A stretch of DNA of 46,605 nt, from positions 1-46,605 of the forward strand of contig VFJT01000118.1 of assembly GCA_009885935.1 (NCBI GenBank). Reading direction: 5' to 3'. The notes under the pieces are model-generated. The model was not told the origin of the DNA, searched no databases, and saw nothing but the letters and a program-made list of their open reading frames with translations. The DNA comes from Gammaproteobacteria bacterium. Its GTDB lineage: Bacteria; Pseudomonadota; Gammaproteobacteria; UBA1113. Below are positions 36,286 through 46,596 of the stretch, piece after piece. Numbering within the stretch: the first letter of the stretch is position 1; the number at the start of each line of letters is the position of its first letter. Both the position numbers and the translations under genes were made by a program.

Positions 36286-37629
36286 TTATTCAGCCGCTTT
36301 GCGCTGAACTGTGGCCTTAGGTTTCTTCAGTTTTTTATGTTCGACAGTGCTTTCATCCGCTTGTTGATAAACGATCAAGGGATCGTTTCTGCCTAAAATA
36401 GCATTTTCATCCACTACGACCTTAGAAACATTTTCCAAGCCGGGTAATTCATACATCACATTCAACAATACATGTTCCAAAATAGAGCGTAATCCTCTAG
36501 CGCCCGTTTTACGTTCTAGGGCTTTTTTGGCCACGGCTTGTAAAGCTTCGGGTCTAAACTCTAAATCTACACTTTCCATATCAAACAGACGTTTGTATTG
36601 TTTGGTTAAAGAGTTCTTGGGATCTTTTAGGATTGATATTAAAGATTCTTCATTTAATTGCTCTAAGGTTGCAATGACAGGTAAACGACCTACAAATTCA
36701 GGAATCAAGCCAAAACGAATTAAATCTTCAGGCTCAACTTTCTCCAGAATATCGCCAATATTTTGCTTTTCATCAATCTCACTGCGTATATTGGCAGAAA
36801 AACCTATGCTGGATTTACTCGCTCTATCTTGGATGATTTTTTCCAAGCCCGAAAAAGCACCGCCGCAAATGAATAGAATATTGCTGGTATCCACCTGCAA
36901 AAACTCTTGTTGCGGATGTTTACGACCACCTTGTGGTGGCACCGATGCTATGGTGCCCTCAATTAATTTTAATAACGCTTGTTGCACGCCTTCGCCCGAC
37001 ACATCGCGTGTTAAAGAAGGACTGTCGGTTTTACGAGAAATTTTATCGATTTCGTCTATATAAACTATACCGCTTTGCGCCCGATCTATGTCGTAATCAC
37101 ATTTTTGCAATAATTTTTGAATGATGTTCTCTACATCTTCGCCTACGTAGCCTGCTTCCGTTAATGTGGTTGCATCGGCAATGGCAAAAGGCACATTTAA
37201 AATACGGGCTAAGGTTTCAGCCAATAAGGTCTTACCGCTACCAGTAGGGCCGATCAATAAGATATTACTTTTACCCAACTCCACTTCATTGTCTAGTGTG
37301 ACCGTGGATTGTGGATAAAACAATTTTTTATAGTGGTTATACACCGCCACAGCCAACACTTTTTTAGCGTGTTCCTGGCCTATGACATATTGGTTTAGAA
37401 TTTCATGAATTTCCGAAGGAACCGGTAGATAACCATCGTTGTCTACGCTTTCTTCCTGCTGTAATTCTTCGCGTATGATATCGTTGCACAATTCTACGCA
37501 TTCATCGCATACAAAAACAGAAGGCCCCGCAATTAACTTGCGTACTTCATGTTGACTCTTACCGCAGAAAGAGCAAAACAAGGTACCGTCTTCATCATGA
37601 TTGTTATCATTATCTTTTTTATTAACCAT
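36286..37629 (-). CDS. clpX: ATP-dependent Clp protease ATP-binding subunit
   Basis: CSFCGK zinc finger, [21 protein letters not shown] loop, TGARGLR. Confidence 0.98.
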   Translation of the reverse strand: MVNKKDNDNNHDEDGTLFCSFCGKSQHEVRKLIAGPSVFVCDECVELCNDIIREELQQEESVDNDGYLPVPSEIHEILNQYVIGQEHAKKVLAVAVYNHYKKLFYPQSTVTLDNEVELGKSNILLIGPTGSGKTLLAETLARILNVPFAIADATTLTEAGYVGEDVENIIQKLLQKCDYDIDRAQSGIVYIDEIDKISRKTDSPSLTRDVSGEGVQQALLKLIEGTIASVPPQGGRKHPQQEFLQVDTSNILFICGGAFSGLEKIIQDRASKSSIGFSANIRSEIDEKQNIGDILEKVEPEDLIRFGLIPEFVGRLPVIATLEQLNEESLISILKDPKNSLTKQYKRLFDMESVDLEFRPEALQAVAKKALERKTGARGLRSILEHVLLNVMYELPGLENVSKVVVDENAILGRNDPLIVYQQADESTVEHKKLKKPKATVQRKAAE

Positions 37630-37857
37630 TATCCGCTCCCACGTATTTCAATAAATCTTTACAGCCCCTAGTCCCGTCTCACACTAAAAGTATAAGCTAT
37701 AAACTGTATTTGCTAAGCTCCTCACACTAACAATTACAAGAAATAACGTTGCTGTTGTTATTTCTTGCTAAAAAATACTTTAAACATAAAGTATTTATGC
37801 TAAAATAAACAAAACGACTAGTGTTTCGCCCCTCCTTCTGACATGAAGGCGGTTTGC

Positions 37858-38517
37858 CTATTTTTCAAGGGGCGGCTCTGTTGCCGTGCGACGTTTGTAG
37901 AATATTTCATCGATCATGCCATATTCTAGTGCCCGCTCCGCCGACATAAAGTTATCGCGTTCAGTATCCCTGCGAACTTCCTCAGCCGGTCTACCAGTAT
38001 GATGGGCTAAGATACTATCTAGACGCTCACGCAAAAATAATGCCTCACGCGCATGGATCTCTATATCCGTAGCCTGCCCTTGATAACCACCCGAAACCTG
38101 GTGGATCATGACGCGAGAATTGGGTAAGCTATAGCGCTTCTTCGCAGCACCCGCACACAGCAATAAAGCGCCCGCACTAGCGGCCTGCCCTATGCACAAG
38201 GTACTGACATCCGGCTTAATAAACTGCATGGTATCGTACATAGCCAAACCCGCCGTGACTACCCCACCCGGAGAATTGATGTACAAAGAAATATCTTTAT
38301 CGGGGTTCACCGATTCCAAAAAAATCAATTGCGCCGTGATTAGATTAGCCATGTAATCTTCAATTTGGCCTACTAGGAAAATGATGCGCTCTTGCAACAA
38401 ACGTGAGTAAATATCATAGGCTCTTTCACCGCGCGCCGTTTGCTCTATTACTATAGGAACTAAACCTACGTTTTTTTCTATGTGATCTTGCCAAGCGTAA
38501 AAATGTTTTTTATCCAT
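37858..38517 (-). CDS. clpP: Clp protease proteolytic subunit
   Basis: [35 protein letters not shown]. Confidence 0.97.
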   Translation of the reverse strand: MDKKHFYAWQDHIEKNVGLVPIVIEQTARGERAYDIYSRLLQERIIFLVGQIEDYMANLITAQLIFLESVNPDKDISLYINSPGGVVTAGLAMYDTMQFIKPDVSTLCIGQAASAGALLLCAGAAKKRYSLPNSRVMIHQVSGGYQGQATDIEIHAREALFLRERLDSILAHHTGRPAEEVRRDTERDNFMSAERALEYGMIDEIFYKRRTATEPPLEK

Positions 38518-38539
38518 TTGTTGCTAACCCTTAATTAAT

Positions 38540-39901
38540 TTATTTGTGATCGTGGTCGTGGTCGTGCCCATGGTCATGATCGTGATCGTGATCGTGATCA
38601 TGCGCGCCTTGGATTGCTTTTTCGAATGAAACTTGCTCTTCTTCTATTTGTGCGGTATTTAACAATGCATCGACTATCAAGACTTCCATTGCTTCACCCT
38701 GAATTTGCTCTATCAATTCCTCGCTATTATAATACATTTGCATCATTTGCGTAGGGTTCTCATAAGCACTCATTTTTTCTTCTAACAGTGTAGTCACGTG
38801 ACTAGGCTCAACCTTTAACTTGAAGGCTGTGACGGCTTCGCGCATTAACAAGCCGGTGATCACATTATCGCGCGCCTGCTGGGCAAAACGGCCCATATCG
38901 TTGATATTAACCTTTTGTTTTTGCTTAGCCGCTTGCGCTTGAATAGCACGCGCAATACGCGCCATTTCCTCTTGTATTAATACATTGGGCACATCAAATG
39001 CGTTTAGTTCTTTCAACTTATCGAATACACGCTTTTTGTTTTCTACCCGTAAGGCCACCGCTAATTCACGCTCTAAACCCTGCTTTAATTCGGCACGCAA
39101 CGCTTCCATGCCACCTTCTTTAACGCCCAGTAATTCGGCAAAAGCTTCATTTAATTCGCGCACTTTACCCGTCAACACTTTATGTACCGTCACATCGAAA
39201 GTGGTTGCCGCTCCGGCCAAAGTAGGTTCATGATAGGCTTCGGGAAAAGTAACGCTAATGGTTTTCTTCTCACCACTTTTAACACCGACTAAACTGTCTT
39301 CAAAACCGGGTATAAATTGTTTAGAACCCAAGGTCAATTCAGCGCCTTCCGCTTTACCGCCTGCAAAAGCTTCACCATCGCGATAGCCTACAAAATCCAT
39401 CACTAGTTTGTCGTCTAAAGCCGCGGCTCTATCCACTTCTACCCACTCTTTGTATTGTTTCTGTAGACGCGTCAATACTTCGTCTATATCTTTTTCTTCT
39501 ATGGTGGCAACTCGTTTACGCAGTACTTGCCCTTCTAAGGTTTTAAAGTTGATTTCAGGCAACACCTCAAACAAGGCACTGAATTTAAATGGTGTGCTGG
39601 GTTCAATTTGCTCTAGATCAATGTTGGTAATTTCGACTACACTTAATTTTTTATCTGCAAATGTTTCTTTTAATTTTTCATCAATGATTTTTTGCATGGC
39701 GTCTTGGCGAATCGCTGCACCATAGCGCTGCTCAATGACTTTTACAGGCACTTTCCCGGGTCTAAAACCGTCGATGCGCGCAGTAGAGGCTATTTTTTTA
39801 ATCTCTTTATTCACCGTGGTATTAATATCGTCCCAGGGCATTTCAATGGTTAATTTGCGCTTTAAGCCTTCTAAGCTTTCTAATTGCACTGCACTCGTCA
39901 T
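38540..39901 (-). CDS. tig: Trigger factor with a His/Asp-rich C-terminal tail
   Basis: GFRPGKVP ribosome-binding motif, FKBP domain FIPGFED, FPEAYH; upstream of clpP. Confidence 0.96.
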   Translation of the reverse strand: MTSAVQLESLEGLKRKLTIEMPWDDINTTVNKEIKKIASTARIDGFRPGKVPVKVIEQRYGAAIRQDAMQKIIDEKLKETFADKKLSVVEITNIDLEQIEPSTPFKFSALFEVLPEINFKTLEGQVLRKRVATIEEKDIDEVLTRLQKQYKEWVEVDRAAALDDKLVMDFVGYRDGEAFAGGKAEGAELTLGSKQFIPGFEDSLVGVKSGEKKTISVTFPEAYHEPTLAGAATTFDVTVHKVLTGKVRELNEAFAELLGVKEGGMEALRAELKQGLERELAVALRVENKKRVFDKLKELNAFDVPNVLIQEEMARIARAIQAQAAKQKQKVNINDMGRFAQQARDNVITGLLMREAVTAFKLKVEPSHVTTLLEEKMSAYENPTQMMQMYYNSEELIEQIQGEAMEVLIVDALLNTAQIEEEQVSFEKAIQGAHDHDHDHDHDHGHDHDHDHK

Positions 39902-39937
39902 TTCTCAACCTCTAATTGTTCTAAAAATACTCTATAA

Positions 39938-40022
39938 TGGTGCGAAAGGAGAGACTCGAACTCTCACGGGTTTCCCCGCTGGAACCTAAATCCAGTGCGT
40001 CTGCCAATTCCGCCACTTTCGC
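39938..40022 (-). tRNA. tRNA-Leu(TAG)
   Basis: GCGAAAG acceptor, CTGGA-TT-TAG-GT-TCCAG anticodon arm, long variable arm, GTTCGAG, CCA; usual position upstream of tig. Confidence 0.97.
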
Positions 40023-40033
40023 AAGAAGGCGTC

Positions 40034-40062
40034 ATTATACCCATAAATTAGTCTAGGGTAAA
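40034..40062 (-). promoter_or_regulatory. Predicted sigma70 promoter of tRNA-Leu/tig
   Basis: Minus strand TTTACC, 17 bp, TATAAT, followed by GC-rich gacgcc. Confidence 0.55.
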
Positions 40063-40077
40063 TGATGTTATGGTACA

Positions 40078-40368
40078 ATGCAGCTAATATTGACACAAAC
40101 GCAGAGGGTTCAGATGGTACAACGCCTTGATTTTTCTAAAAATAGTGGTTTTTTAGCGCGTATAGCGCCCTTTATCGTCTTAGGGATTTTTTGTATATTG
40201 GGCATTATAGGCTTTATTGTCCTATCTTATGTAGCCTTAATAGGCGTGGCCATAGGCTTAGTGCTGTTTATCACCAGTTATGTATACAAACTGTTGAAAC
40301 GCCGCGGCACTATGCCGCCCCAAGCCAAACAACGCCCAGGAAAGACTTACGATCATAAGGATCTGTAG
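40078..40368 (+). CDS. Small hypothetical membrane protein
   Basis: Hydrophobic hairpin and basic tail (GKTYDH); start may be 40114. Confidence 0.6.
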   Translation: MQLILTQTQRVQMVQRLDFSKNSGFLARIAPFIVLGIFCILGIIGFIVLSYVALIGVAIGLVLFITSYVYKLLKRRGTMPPQAKQRPGKTYDHKDL

Positions 40369-42174
40369 CTATAAAATAGTGCAGCTACAACGTGCAGAAT
40401 CTTCTATATGCTCGAGTGCATCTGCCTTCTTATTATTAGGGGCCCTAAATATTCCATATGTAGACGTAGAGGCACCTGTTCCCCGATAAAAACTATTCAA
40501 TGGCAGTAATGGATCAACAGATGAAGAACTAGCTGTACTATTAACAGAATGCGCGTTATCGCCTATAAGAGTCCAGTCCTCTAGCATCGTGTCTGATTCA
40601 CTTCCAAAACCTTTCATGTCTGATTCACTTTCAAGACCTTTCCCCTGTTCTCTTTTAGCGGCAAATTGCCTGTTTATGCTCTGAACGAGATTATTCCGTA
40701 TCGCTAAATCGCCACCCGTTTCCTCTAAAATAGATGCGCGATTTTCATCAAGGGAATTAATCAGTAATACGATATCTTCTAATGCCATCTCCTCTAAGGT
40801 AGTCACAAAAGTATTAAAAGCCTCCAACTTTATTGCGCTCTCTTGGTTTCCCATCGAGAAAAAAGAAGAATAACGGGCTAGTGCCACGAGGGCAGGGAAA
40901 TAGGCGCCAAGCACAGAGCCAGAGCCATTAAACATCGCGCTGGTAGCATAAGCATCTGCACCAAAAAAATCGGCTAATTGTACTGGAATATGCACTGTCC
41001 CAAATGAAATTTTCTCAAAAAAAGCCGTTGCCAACTCTCGTGTCATATTTCCATTGGTAACACCGGAGAGTGCCGCCATTGTCAACAAGGCAACAGCGCC
41101 TATTACAGCCGCTTTAGGGTAAAAGTAATATGCTGGATTCTTCGCTATCATTTCCCCAAAGCGTTTATCATAAAGACTTTCGGCTATCAAATAAATACTG
41201 GAGAAAACTTCCTTTGCGCCATTGACAAACAACGAAGCAAACGGAACCATAGAGGCGGCTGTCAATACAGATTTGGTAATAACATCAATTGTCTCAATGG
41301 GAATAGTAACCGCACTATTTAGAAAAGAATAATCCACCGCGGTATAACCCACCAAACCCAACGCTGCAATTGTCATACCAGTCCCACTAAAGATAGTCCT
41401 TCCTAGCCACCTAGGGTCCTTACCGGATGTAGTACCTTCTAATAAACTAGCCAAAGTGAAGTCACAATCATTAAAGTCTCCTCGTGCAACACGCCATTGC
41501 TGTGCTTTCAGTCTTTCTAAAAATACGCCGCGAACTTTGCAAGCTATATCTTCCTCTTCTTTTGAAAGCACTAATTTTCTAGGAATTTTCTTCGTTAAAT
41601 TTTGCATAGCAAAAACGGTCAATGCCGCATTCACGCACCAAGAATTTAATGTCCACAATAGTGTAGAGAGCATGCCGCTCGTAGAAGACTCTTCTGTCAA
41701 TCCAGCAAAAGGAACTGCCGCCAACGCTCCTGCAGCAGATGGCCATATAAGGCGAGCATAATACCAACCATCTTTTTGCAAGTCTAAAAGTTCTTTTTTT
41801 AATGGGTCATCGGATTTTAATCTATCGATAACACTAAACCCAGCCCATAAGGTAGGTAATGCTGACGTGACAGCACTGCAAAATGCAGTTACATAAGCTA
41901 CAAATTCCCTATTAGGAAAAGCGGCTTTACATCCTGAAACGTAGGCTTTACTGGCAAGAAAAGAGAGGATCACATTTAATGCTTTTAGAGCAATCCATGC
42001 TTTACTTTCTGATGGGCGATTTGGTGATTGTAAATGTTTAGAGTATTTCTCCAACTTTTCACAGACACGCCGCTGTTCAATCGAAAAATTGTCTAGGTTG
42101 CCTTCTGGTAAGAACTCAGAATGTTCTGATTCTGATTCTGATAAAAATACAACATCGTCTTGTATTGCAGCCAT
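40369..42174 (-). CDS. Multi-pass membrane protein ending in a CaaX motif; candidate effector
   Basis: 601 aa, acidic N-terminus, many hydrophobic segments, Ser-rich tail, C-terminus ARCSCTIL-stop checked in the DNA. Confidence 0.75.
   Translation of the reverse strand: MAAIQDDVVFLSESESEHSEFLPEGNLDNFSIEQRRVCEKLEKYSKHLQSPNRPSESKAWIALKALNVILSFLASKAYVSGCKAAFPNREFVAYVTAFCSAVTSALPTLWAGFSVIDRLKSDDPLKKELLDLQKDGWYYARLIWPSAAGALAAVPFAGLTEESSTSGMLSTLLWTLNSWCVNAALTVFAMQNLTKKIPRKLVLSKEEEDIACKVRGVFLERLKAQQWRVARGDFNDCDFTLASLLEGTTSGKDPRWLGRTIFSGTGMTIAALGLVGYTAVDYSFLNSAVTIPIETIDVITKSVLTAASMVPFASLFVNGAKEVFSSIYLIAESLYDKRFGEMIAKNPAYYFYPKAAVIGAVALLTMAALSGVTNGNMTRELATAFFEKISFGTVHIPVQLADFFGADAYATSAMFNGSGSVLGAYFPALVALARYSSFFSMGNQESAIKLEAFNTFVTTLEEMALEDIVLLINSLDENRASILEETGGDLAIRNNLVQSINRQFAAKREQGKGLESESDMKGFGSESDTMLEDWTLIGDNAHSVNSTASSSSVDPLLPLNSFYRGTGASTSTYGIFRAPNNKKADALEHIEDSARCSCTIL
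40590..40642 (-). repeat. 27-bp-period in-frame duplication (KGLESESDM / KGFGSESDT)
   Basis: tgtctgattcacttccaaaacctttc vs tgtctgattcactttcaagacctttc, 24/26 identical. Confidence 0.85.
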
Positions 42175-42370
42175 AATTATTTTTCCCTTATATTAATTTT
42201 ATGATTGCGCACGGCTTAGCCATGCTGATTAATCACACACCCTTTGAGTTTTTAGTATCTAGAATTTAAGTGGCTATGTAGCCCTGAAAAAGAAATGGAA
42301 CAAGAATGCCTTCAATTTATTTTTGTCGTCCATAATTAAAAACCATTTTAGTATTTGTTATGGAAGAATT

Positions 42371-43699
42371 TTATCGAATATTTGTTTTGCTGTCAACACC
42401 TAGAATAGAAAAAACTACGCCCATTTCATTTTCTGCTGCCAACTTGTGCGCATGATAAGCATAGCCGACCACAGCAACCAGTTCATCTTGCACATAAATG
42501 AGGGGAATACGCGCACGCTGCCAGGGCGGCACGCCCCATTCTTGAAATAGTTTTTTCAATGGATGCGATCCCACTCGACCTGCGGCATGAAAACGTTCAC
42601 CTTGTGTACGAAAGCGGACGACACAATCAGCCCCATTGGCTACAACCAAACCTAGCCCTAGCGCTTTCTCACGGCGCAATACAATGTCATCTATACACAG
42701 CGTACTTTCAGTATCAGGCCAGCAAAATTCACCCCTACGTGGCATGATTTCTTTAGAAGATAATGCATACAAACGATTTTGATAACCGGTTAACACCACA
42801 TTTTGCCAGCTTACTTTTCCTAGCCGACTATAAACCAAATTTAACAGATGCTGCATCTGTGCCTCTGTAGGCAGGGCTAAACCCTGCTCTTCCAACCACA
42901 AGCGCAATACTGCACTGCATTCATAGCGCGACAAAGCGGCTAATCTTGTTTGATCTAAGGTATTATCCTGCTCCGCTCTGCACTCTTCTAAAATCCCATA
43001 CCACAATGGCTCTGCCCATTGCATAAGCTGCGCCGATAACCCCGCGCTGCGCGCTAAAGTTCTAGCATAACTAGGCCAACGCTGACGTAATACAGGAATC
43101 ACTAACTGGCGTAAATAATTGCGATCATAAGCCGTATCGTCATTGCTTAAATCATTGATATGCTCTAGTTGGTGTAATTTGGCATACGCTTGTATATCCG
43201 CACGCGTCACGCCTAAAAACGGGCGGTAATGAATTACGCCCGATTGAGTTTCAGTGTGCTCAGGCATCGCCGCTAAACCTTTAGGCCCAGCGCCTCGTAA
43301 TAACTGTAATAGCACCGTTTCGGCTTGATCGTCTTCATGGTGCGCTGTTAACACTACATCGCCTGCCGTCAAACGAGAAAAAATGGCTTCATAACGCAAG
43401 TATCTAGCATTCGCTTCTACACTACCGCCTTTGGGTATTTGAATATCCGCGACGTGTAATGGGATATCCCAGCGACGGCACAGATCGGCACAAAAATCTT
43501 GCCATGCGGATGCGGATGTCTGTAAATGATGATTGACGTGCACAGCGATGATCGGTACAGCAGTATTCAGCGTATAACGCAAAAAATGCAGTAAAACCAC
43601 GGAATCCACGCCACCGCTTAAAGCCACGCACCAACGGTGAATAACCTTATCTCTTAAAGGCGCTAGGAAGGCTTCTTTACTTAAGAACACGTTGGCCAT
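42371..43699 (-). CDS. tilS: tRNA(Ile)-lysidine synthetase
   Basis: [11 protein letters not shown]-loop, [35 protein letters not shown]. Confidence 0.95.
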   Translation of the reverse strand: MANVFLSKEAFLAPLRDKVIHRWCVALSGGVDSVVLLHFLRYTLNTAVPIIAVHVNHHLQTSASAWQDFCADLCRRWDIPLHVADIQIPKGGSVEANARYLRYEAIFSRLTAGDVVLTAHHEDDQAETVLLQLLRGAGPKGLAAMPEHTETQSGVIHYRPFLGVTRADIQAYAKLHQLEHINDLSNDDTAYDRNYLRQLVIPVLRQRWPSYARTLARSAGLSAQLMQWAEPLWYGILEECRAEQDNTLDQTRLAALSRYECSAVLRLWLEEQGLALPTEAQMQHLLNLVYSRLGKVSWQNVVLTGYQNRLYALSSKEIMPRRGEFCWPDTESTLCIDDIVLRREKALGLGLVVANGADCVVRFRTQGERFHAAGRVGSHPLKKLFQEWGVPPWQRARIPLIYVQDELVAVVGYAYHAHKLAAENEMGVVFSILGVDSKTNIR

Positions 43700-44633
43700 A
43701 GGACATTAAACGCGCATAGCGTTCTGCTAATAATACCTCAGTGGATTTTGTGGTGAGCCGGTCTAATTGTAAAATGAGTTCCGTTTTTAAATGCTGCGCC
43801 ATTTCATCGACTTGCCTATGCGCGCCACCCAAGGGTTCTGGCAATACTTTGTCGATGAGTTGTTGTTTTAATAAACTCTCGGCATTGAGTTTGAGTGCGC
43901 CTGCTGCCTCAGAGGCTTTTTCGGCACTTTTCCATAAAATAGAAGCACACCCTTCGGGAGAAATCACGGAATAAATACTGTATTGCAGCATCATCACATA
44001 ATCGCCTACGCCCAAGGCTAAAGCACCACCGGAGCCGCCTTCACCTATCACCGTACAGAGCACCGGTGTTTTTAAACCTGCTAATTCATACAAGTTGCGC
44101 GCAATGGCCTCGCTTTGATTGTGCTCTTCGGCAGCAATACCGGGATAAGCACCGGCGGTATCAATGAAGGTTAACACCGGCAAATTGAAATCTTCCGCCA
44201 AGTGCATTAAACGCAAGGCTTTGCGATAGCCCTCGGGCTGCGGCATACCAAAATTACGCTCTACTTTTTCTTTGGTTTTTCGGCCTTTTTCATGGCCGAT
44301 GATCATCACGGGACGATCTCCTAAATAAGCCAAGCCGCCTACAATGGCTTTATCGTCTACATAGTGTCTATCGCCATGCAATTCATCAAAATCAGTAAAA
44401 ATACGGCTAACATAATCTAAGGTATGCGGTCTTAAGGGATGACGCGCCAATTGCGTGATTTGCCACGGCGATAAATCGGCGAAAATGTGCATGGTGAGTT
44501 CGCGGCTTTTGGCCTGCAAACGCCGCAGTTCGCCGCTGATATTGACCGACACATCGTCGCCCATACGCGCTAATTCTTCAATTTTCGCTTCTAATTCGGC
44601 AATAGGTCGTTCAAAATCCAAAAAATTGTGCAT
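43677..44633 (-). CDS. accA: Acetyl-CoA carboxylase carboxyltransferase alpha subunit
   Basis: [50 protein letters not shown]. Confidence 0.97.
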   Translation of the reverse strand: MHNFLDFERPIAELEAKIEELARMGDDVSVNISGELRRLQAKSRELTMHIFADLSPWQITQLARHPLRPHTLDYVSRIFTDFDELHGDRHYVDDKAIVGGLAYLGDRPVMIIGHEKGRKTKEKVERNFGMPQPEGYRKALRLMHLAEDFNLPVLTFIDTAGAYPGIAAEEHNQSEAIARNLYELAGLKTPVLCTVIGEGGSGGALALGVGDYVMMLQYSIYSVISPEGCASILWKSAEKASEAAGALKLNAESLLKQQLIDKVLPEPLGGAHRQVDEMAQHLKTELILQLDRLTTKSTEVLLAERYARLMSYGQRVLK

Positions 44634-44661
44634 AATCACCTCAGATCAGTGCTAAGTTAGG

Positions 44662-44705
44662 GTCTATTTTGCTAGAATGCGAGCCTGCCGTCAATTTTTT
44701 TAAGA
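44662..44705 (-). promoter_or_regulatory. 44-bp direct repeat copy 1, predicted accA promoter
   Basis: 42/44 identical to 45993-46036; minus strand TTGACG, 17 bp, CAAAAT, preceded by an A-tract. Confidence 0.75.
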
Positions 44706-44790
44706 TAAAGAACAAAATTGGATAAAGATTGACCCATTTACAAGTGAAAAAGAAAGAAAATTGTTTTAAGAGCAAACTTAGTATATTAAA

Positions 44791-45006
44791 TCAAAAAGCC
44801 AACCACTTTGCTTCAAGCATTCTGCCTAAGACAACATCCTCACTAGACAATTCTATGTTTTTGTAACCAACTTCATTATACGCAGATAAAATCAAGGAAT
44901 TGTTTTCATTAATTACCGCCCTCAAAATGGATTACCAGTTAATAAACTGTATCCTGGTTTTAAACGATACTGAAAGATGTCGTTCGATATCCATTTTCTT
45001 GCGCAT
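44791..45006 (-). pseudogene. Possible degraded gene remnant (C-terminus reminiscent of an S24/LexA-type domain)
   Basis: Frame with an internal stop, ending LILSAYNEVGYKNIELSSEDVVLGRMLEAKW; resemblance by eye only. Confidence 0.25.
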
Positions 45007-45070
45007 AAATTAGCTCAGCACTTTCCCAAACAGAGAAGTTAAACTAGCCGGAGAAATAGGAGTCTATAAA

Positions 45071-45169
45071 ATGGTGAAAAGAAAGATAACGCAGTATAAT
45101 ATTGGATTTAAAAAGTCATCCGCGCAATTAGCTTGTCTGACGGAGAAAAGTGCTCTACAATTGAGTTGA
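45071..45169 (+). pseudogene. IS3-family OrfA N-terminal fragment
   Basis: AGGAG SD, then MVKRKITQYNIGFKKSSAQLA..., matching the KRK...Y...FK..SA.LA start of IS3 OrfA; stop after 32 codons. Confidence 0.5.
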
Positions 45170-45220
45170 AAATATAGTTGCAATAATGTTTTTCGTTATT
45201 TAACAAAGTCAGGGGTTAAT

Positions 45221-45613
45221 ATGCCATTCACAAGAGTATCCATGCTAAAAGGGAAAAGCAGCGAATATAAACATGCTGTTATAGATAGCATTTATGATGC
45301 TATGAGATTAACATTTGATGTGCCAGAGAACGATATATTCATGGTAATTCATGAACATGAAGAGGATAGTTTTAACTACGGAAAAAACCATGGGAAAAAC
45401 TGTCTTAATATTAAACGTACTGATGATTTGTTATTTATTCAGGTAACAGCCAGCAATACGCGAACAGTTGATAAGAAAACAGCTTTTTTTTCAAAAACAG
45501 CTGAACTATTAGTTGAGAGAATAGGGATTAGGATAGAAGATGTTTTTATAAATATCGTAGAGGTTCCTAAAGAAAATTGGTCTTTTGGTAACGGATTAGC
45601 ACAATATGCATGA
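45221..45613 (+). CDS. Tautomerase-family protein
   Basis: Catalytic Pro1 (MPFTR), VP..D.F, RT...K..F, EDVFI..VE...ENWSFG.G.AQY. Confidence 0.88.
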   Translation: MPFTRVSMLKGKSSEYKHAVIDSIYDAMRLTFDVPENDIFMVIHEHEEDSFNYGKNHGKNCLNIKRTDDLLFIQVTASNTRTVDKKTAFFSKTAELLVERIGIRIEDVFINIVEVPKENWSFGNGLAQYA

Positions 45614-45710
45614 CTACTTTAAAATAGTGTATTTTATTAGCAGGGCCCCCGGCAAACCCTACCCTCCTTTTGTGAATATGCAGAAGAGGGGGGGGTATTG
45701 CGTTATAGTC

Positions 45711-45890
45711 GAGAAGGTTCACTCAACTGTGTCAGCCCAATCAAAGCTCTATTTTTAGCCTTCCTTCAAAGTAAATATCAAGCTGAGAAATCACTAGTGC
45801 CCAGTTATGCATCGGTTGGTTCCATTTCATTCTGATGCGCTGGTAAGTAGGGTATATGAGTTTAACCAAAGCGTTTTCAGAAGTAAAGGC
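45711..45890 (-). mobile_element. IS256-family right-end remnant (transposase C-terminus plus terminal IR)
   Basis: Minus frame AFTSENALVKLIY.....RMKWNQPMHNWALVISQLDIYFEGRL (stop 45741-45743), typical of IS256 transposase ends; GAGAAGGTTCACTCAACTGTGTCA end at 45711. Confidence 0.8.
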
Positions 45891-45992
45891 TTCTAAATAA
45901 CTTAACTCGCGCATTTTATTTTAAGGGTTTTCTTCATAAATTAAGTTGCTCCTCATTTCATATTGGAGAAGACTCGCGGTAGCTAAACTATC

Positions 45993-46036
45993 GTCTATTT
46001 TGCTAGAATACGGGCCTGCCGTCAATTTTTTTAAGA
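45993..46036 (-). promoter_or_regulatory. 44-bp direct repeat copy 2 (duplicate of the predicted accA promoter)
   Basis: gtctattttgctagaatacgggcctgccgtcaatttttttaaga. Confidence 0.75.
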
Positions 46037-46163
46037 AAAGAAGAAAATATGAGTATTTCTCAGCACTGAGGCCTTATTGAGCCTGGATGTGTTTTGAGAA
46101 AATTCAATCTATTCAATGGATTAGACACACCTCTCCTAAATCGGTGTTTTATAAATCCGAAAA

Positions 46164-46192
46164 GTGACAAAACCGCCCCACATCTGTATAAT
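46164..46192 (+). promoter_or_regulatory. Predicted sigma70 promoter
   Basis: GTGACA, 17 bp, TATAAT; upstream of a truncated ORF start (ATG 46231, MSQKE). Confidence 0.5.
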
Positions 46193-46246
46193 AAAAGCAC
46201 TATATATAAAATTTTAGCAAGGTACTTTTTATGTCTCAAAAAGAAA

Positions 46247-46322
46247 GGTTCTGTCGCAACTAATTAAATTGCCTCAGCCAATCATAGGACGGATTTCCTC
46301 TGGGCGCAACTAGGCTGCTAAG
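46247..46322 (-). mobile_element. IS6-family right-end remnant
   Basis: GGTTCTGTCGCAA resembles IS6-family IRs (GGTTCTGTTGCAA type); the minus strand reads tta gca gcc tag (LAA-stop) about 60 nt inside, as at the end of many IS6 transposases. Confidence 0.55.
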
Positions 46323-46390
46323 GTTTGACTTATCATACTAGCTGTGTGACACTATCTGTATGATACCCCCAATACGATAGGAGCCCCTAT

Positions 46391-46501
46391 ATGGAACGAT
46401 ATTTTCCACAGGGCATTGCTACGGACAATGCCTTTTGCAACCGAGAGTTCGAAAGAGCTGCGATAAAAGTGAGTATTGAGAGCCATGAACATATTGTGTA
46501 A
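46391..46501 (+). pseudogene. N-terminal fragment of a P-loop ATPase, truncated before Walker A
   Basis: AGGAG SD; MERYFPQGIATDNAFCNREFERAAIKVSIESHEHIV-stop, with the F.NR..E pattern that precedes Walker A in ATPase_2/STAND-like proteins. Confidence 0.55.
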
Positions 46502-46557
46502 CTACTCGCCCCATCATTGCATCGTCGCTGCGCTCCTCACAATGACGGGGCGAGTAG
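46502..46557. repeat. Hairpin made from a collapsed CGTC-type repeat doublet
   Basis: ctactcgccccatcattg...caatgacggggcgagtag, 17/18-bp arms; the core matches the folC 3' repeat. Confidence 0.75.
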
Positions 46558-46560
46558 GCA

Positions 46561-46596
46561 AAAATATTTTAAAATTTTCTCTAAAAACACTTGACA
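46561..46596 (+). promoter_or_regulatory. AT-rich UP-like tract and perfect -35 (TTGACA); the -10 would lie beyond the window
   Basis: aaaatattttaaaattttctctaaaaacacTTGACA. Confidence 0.45.
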
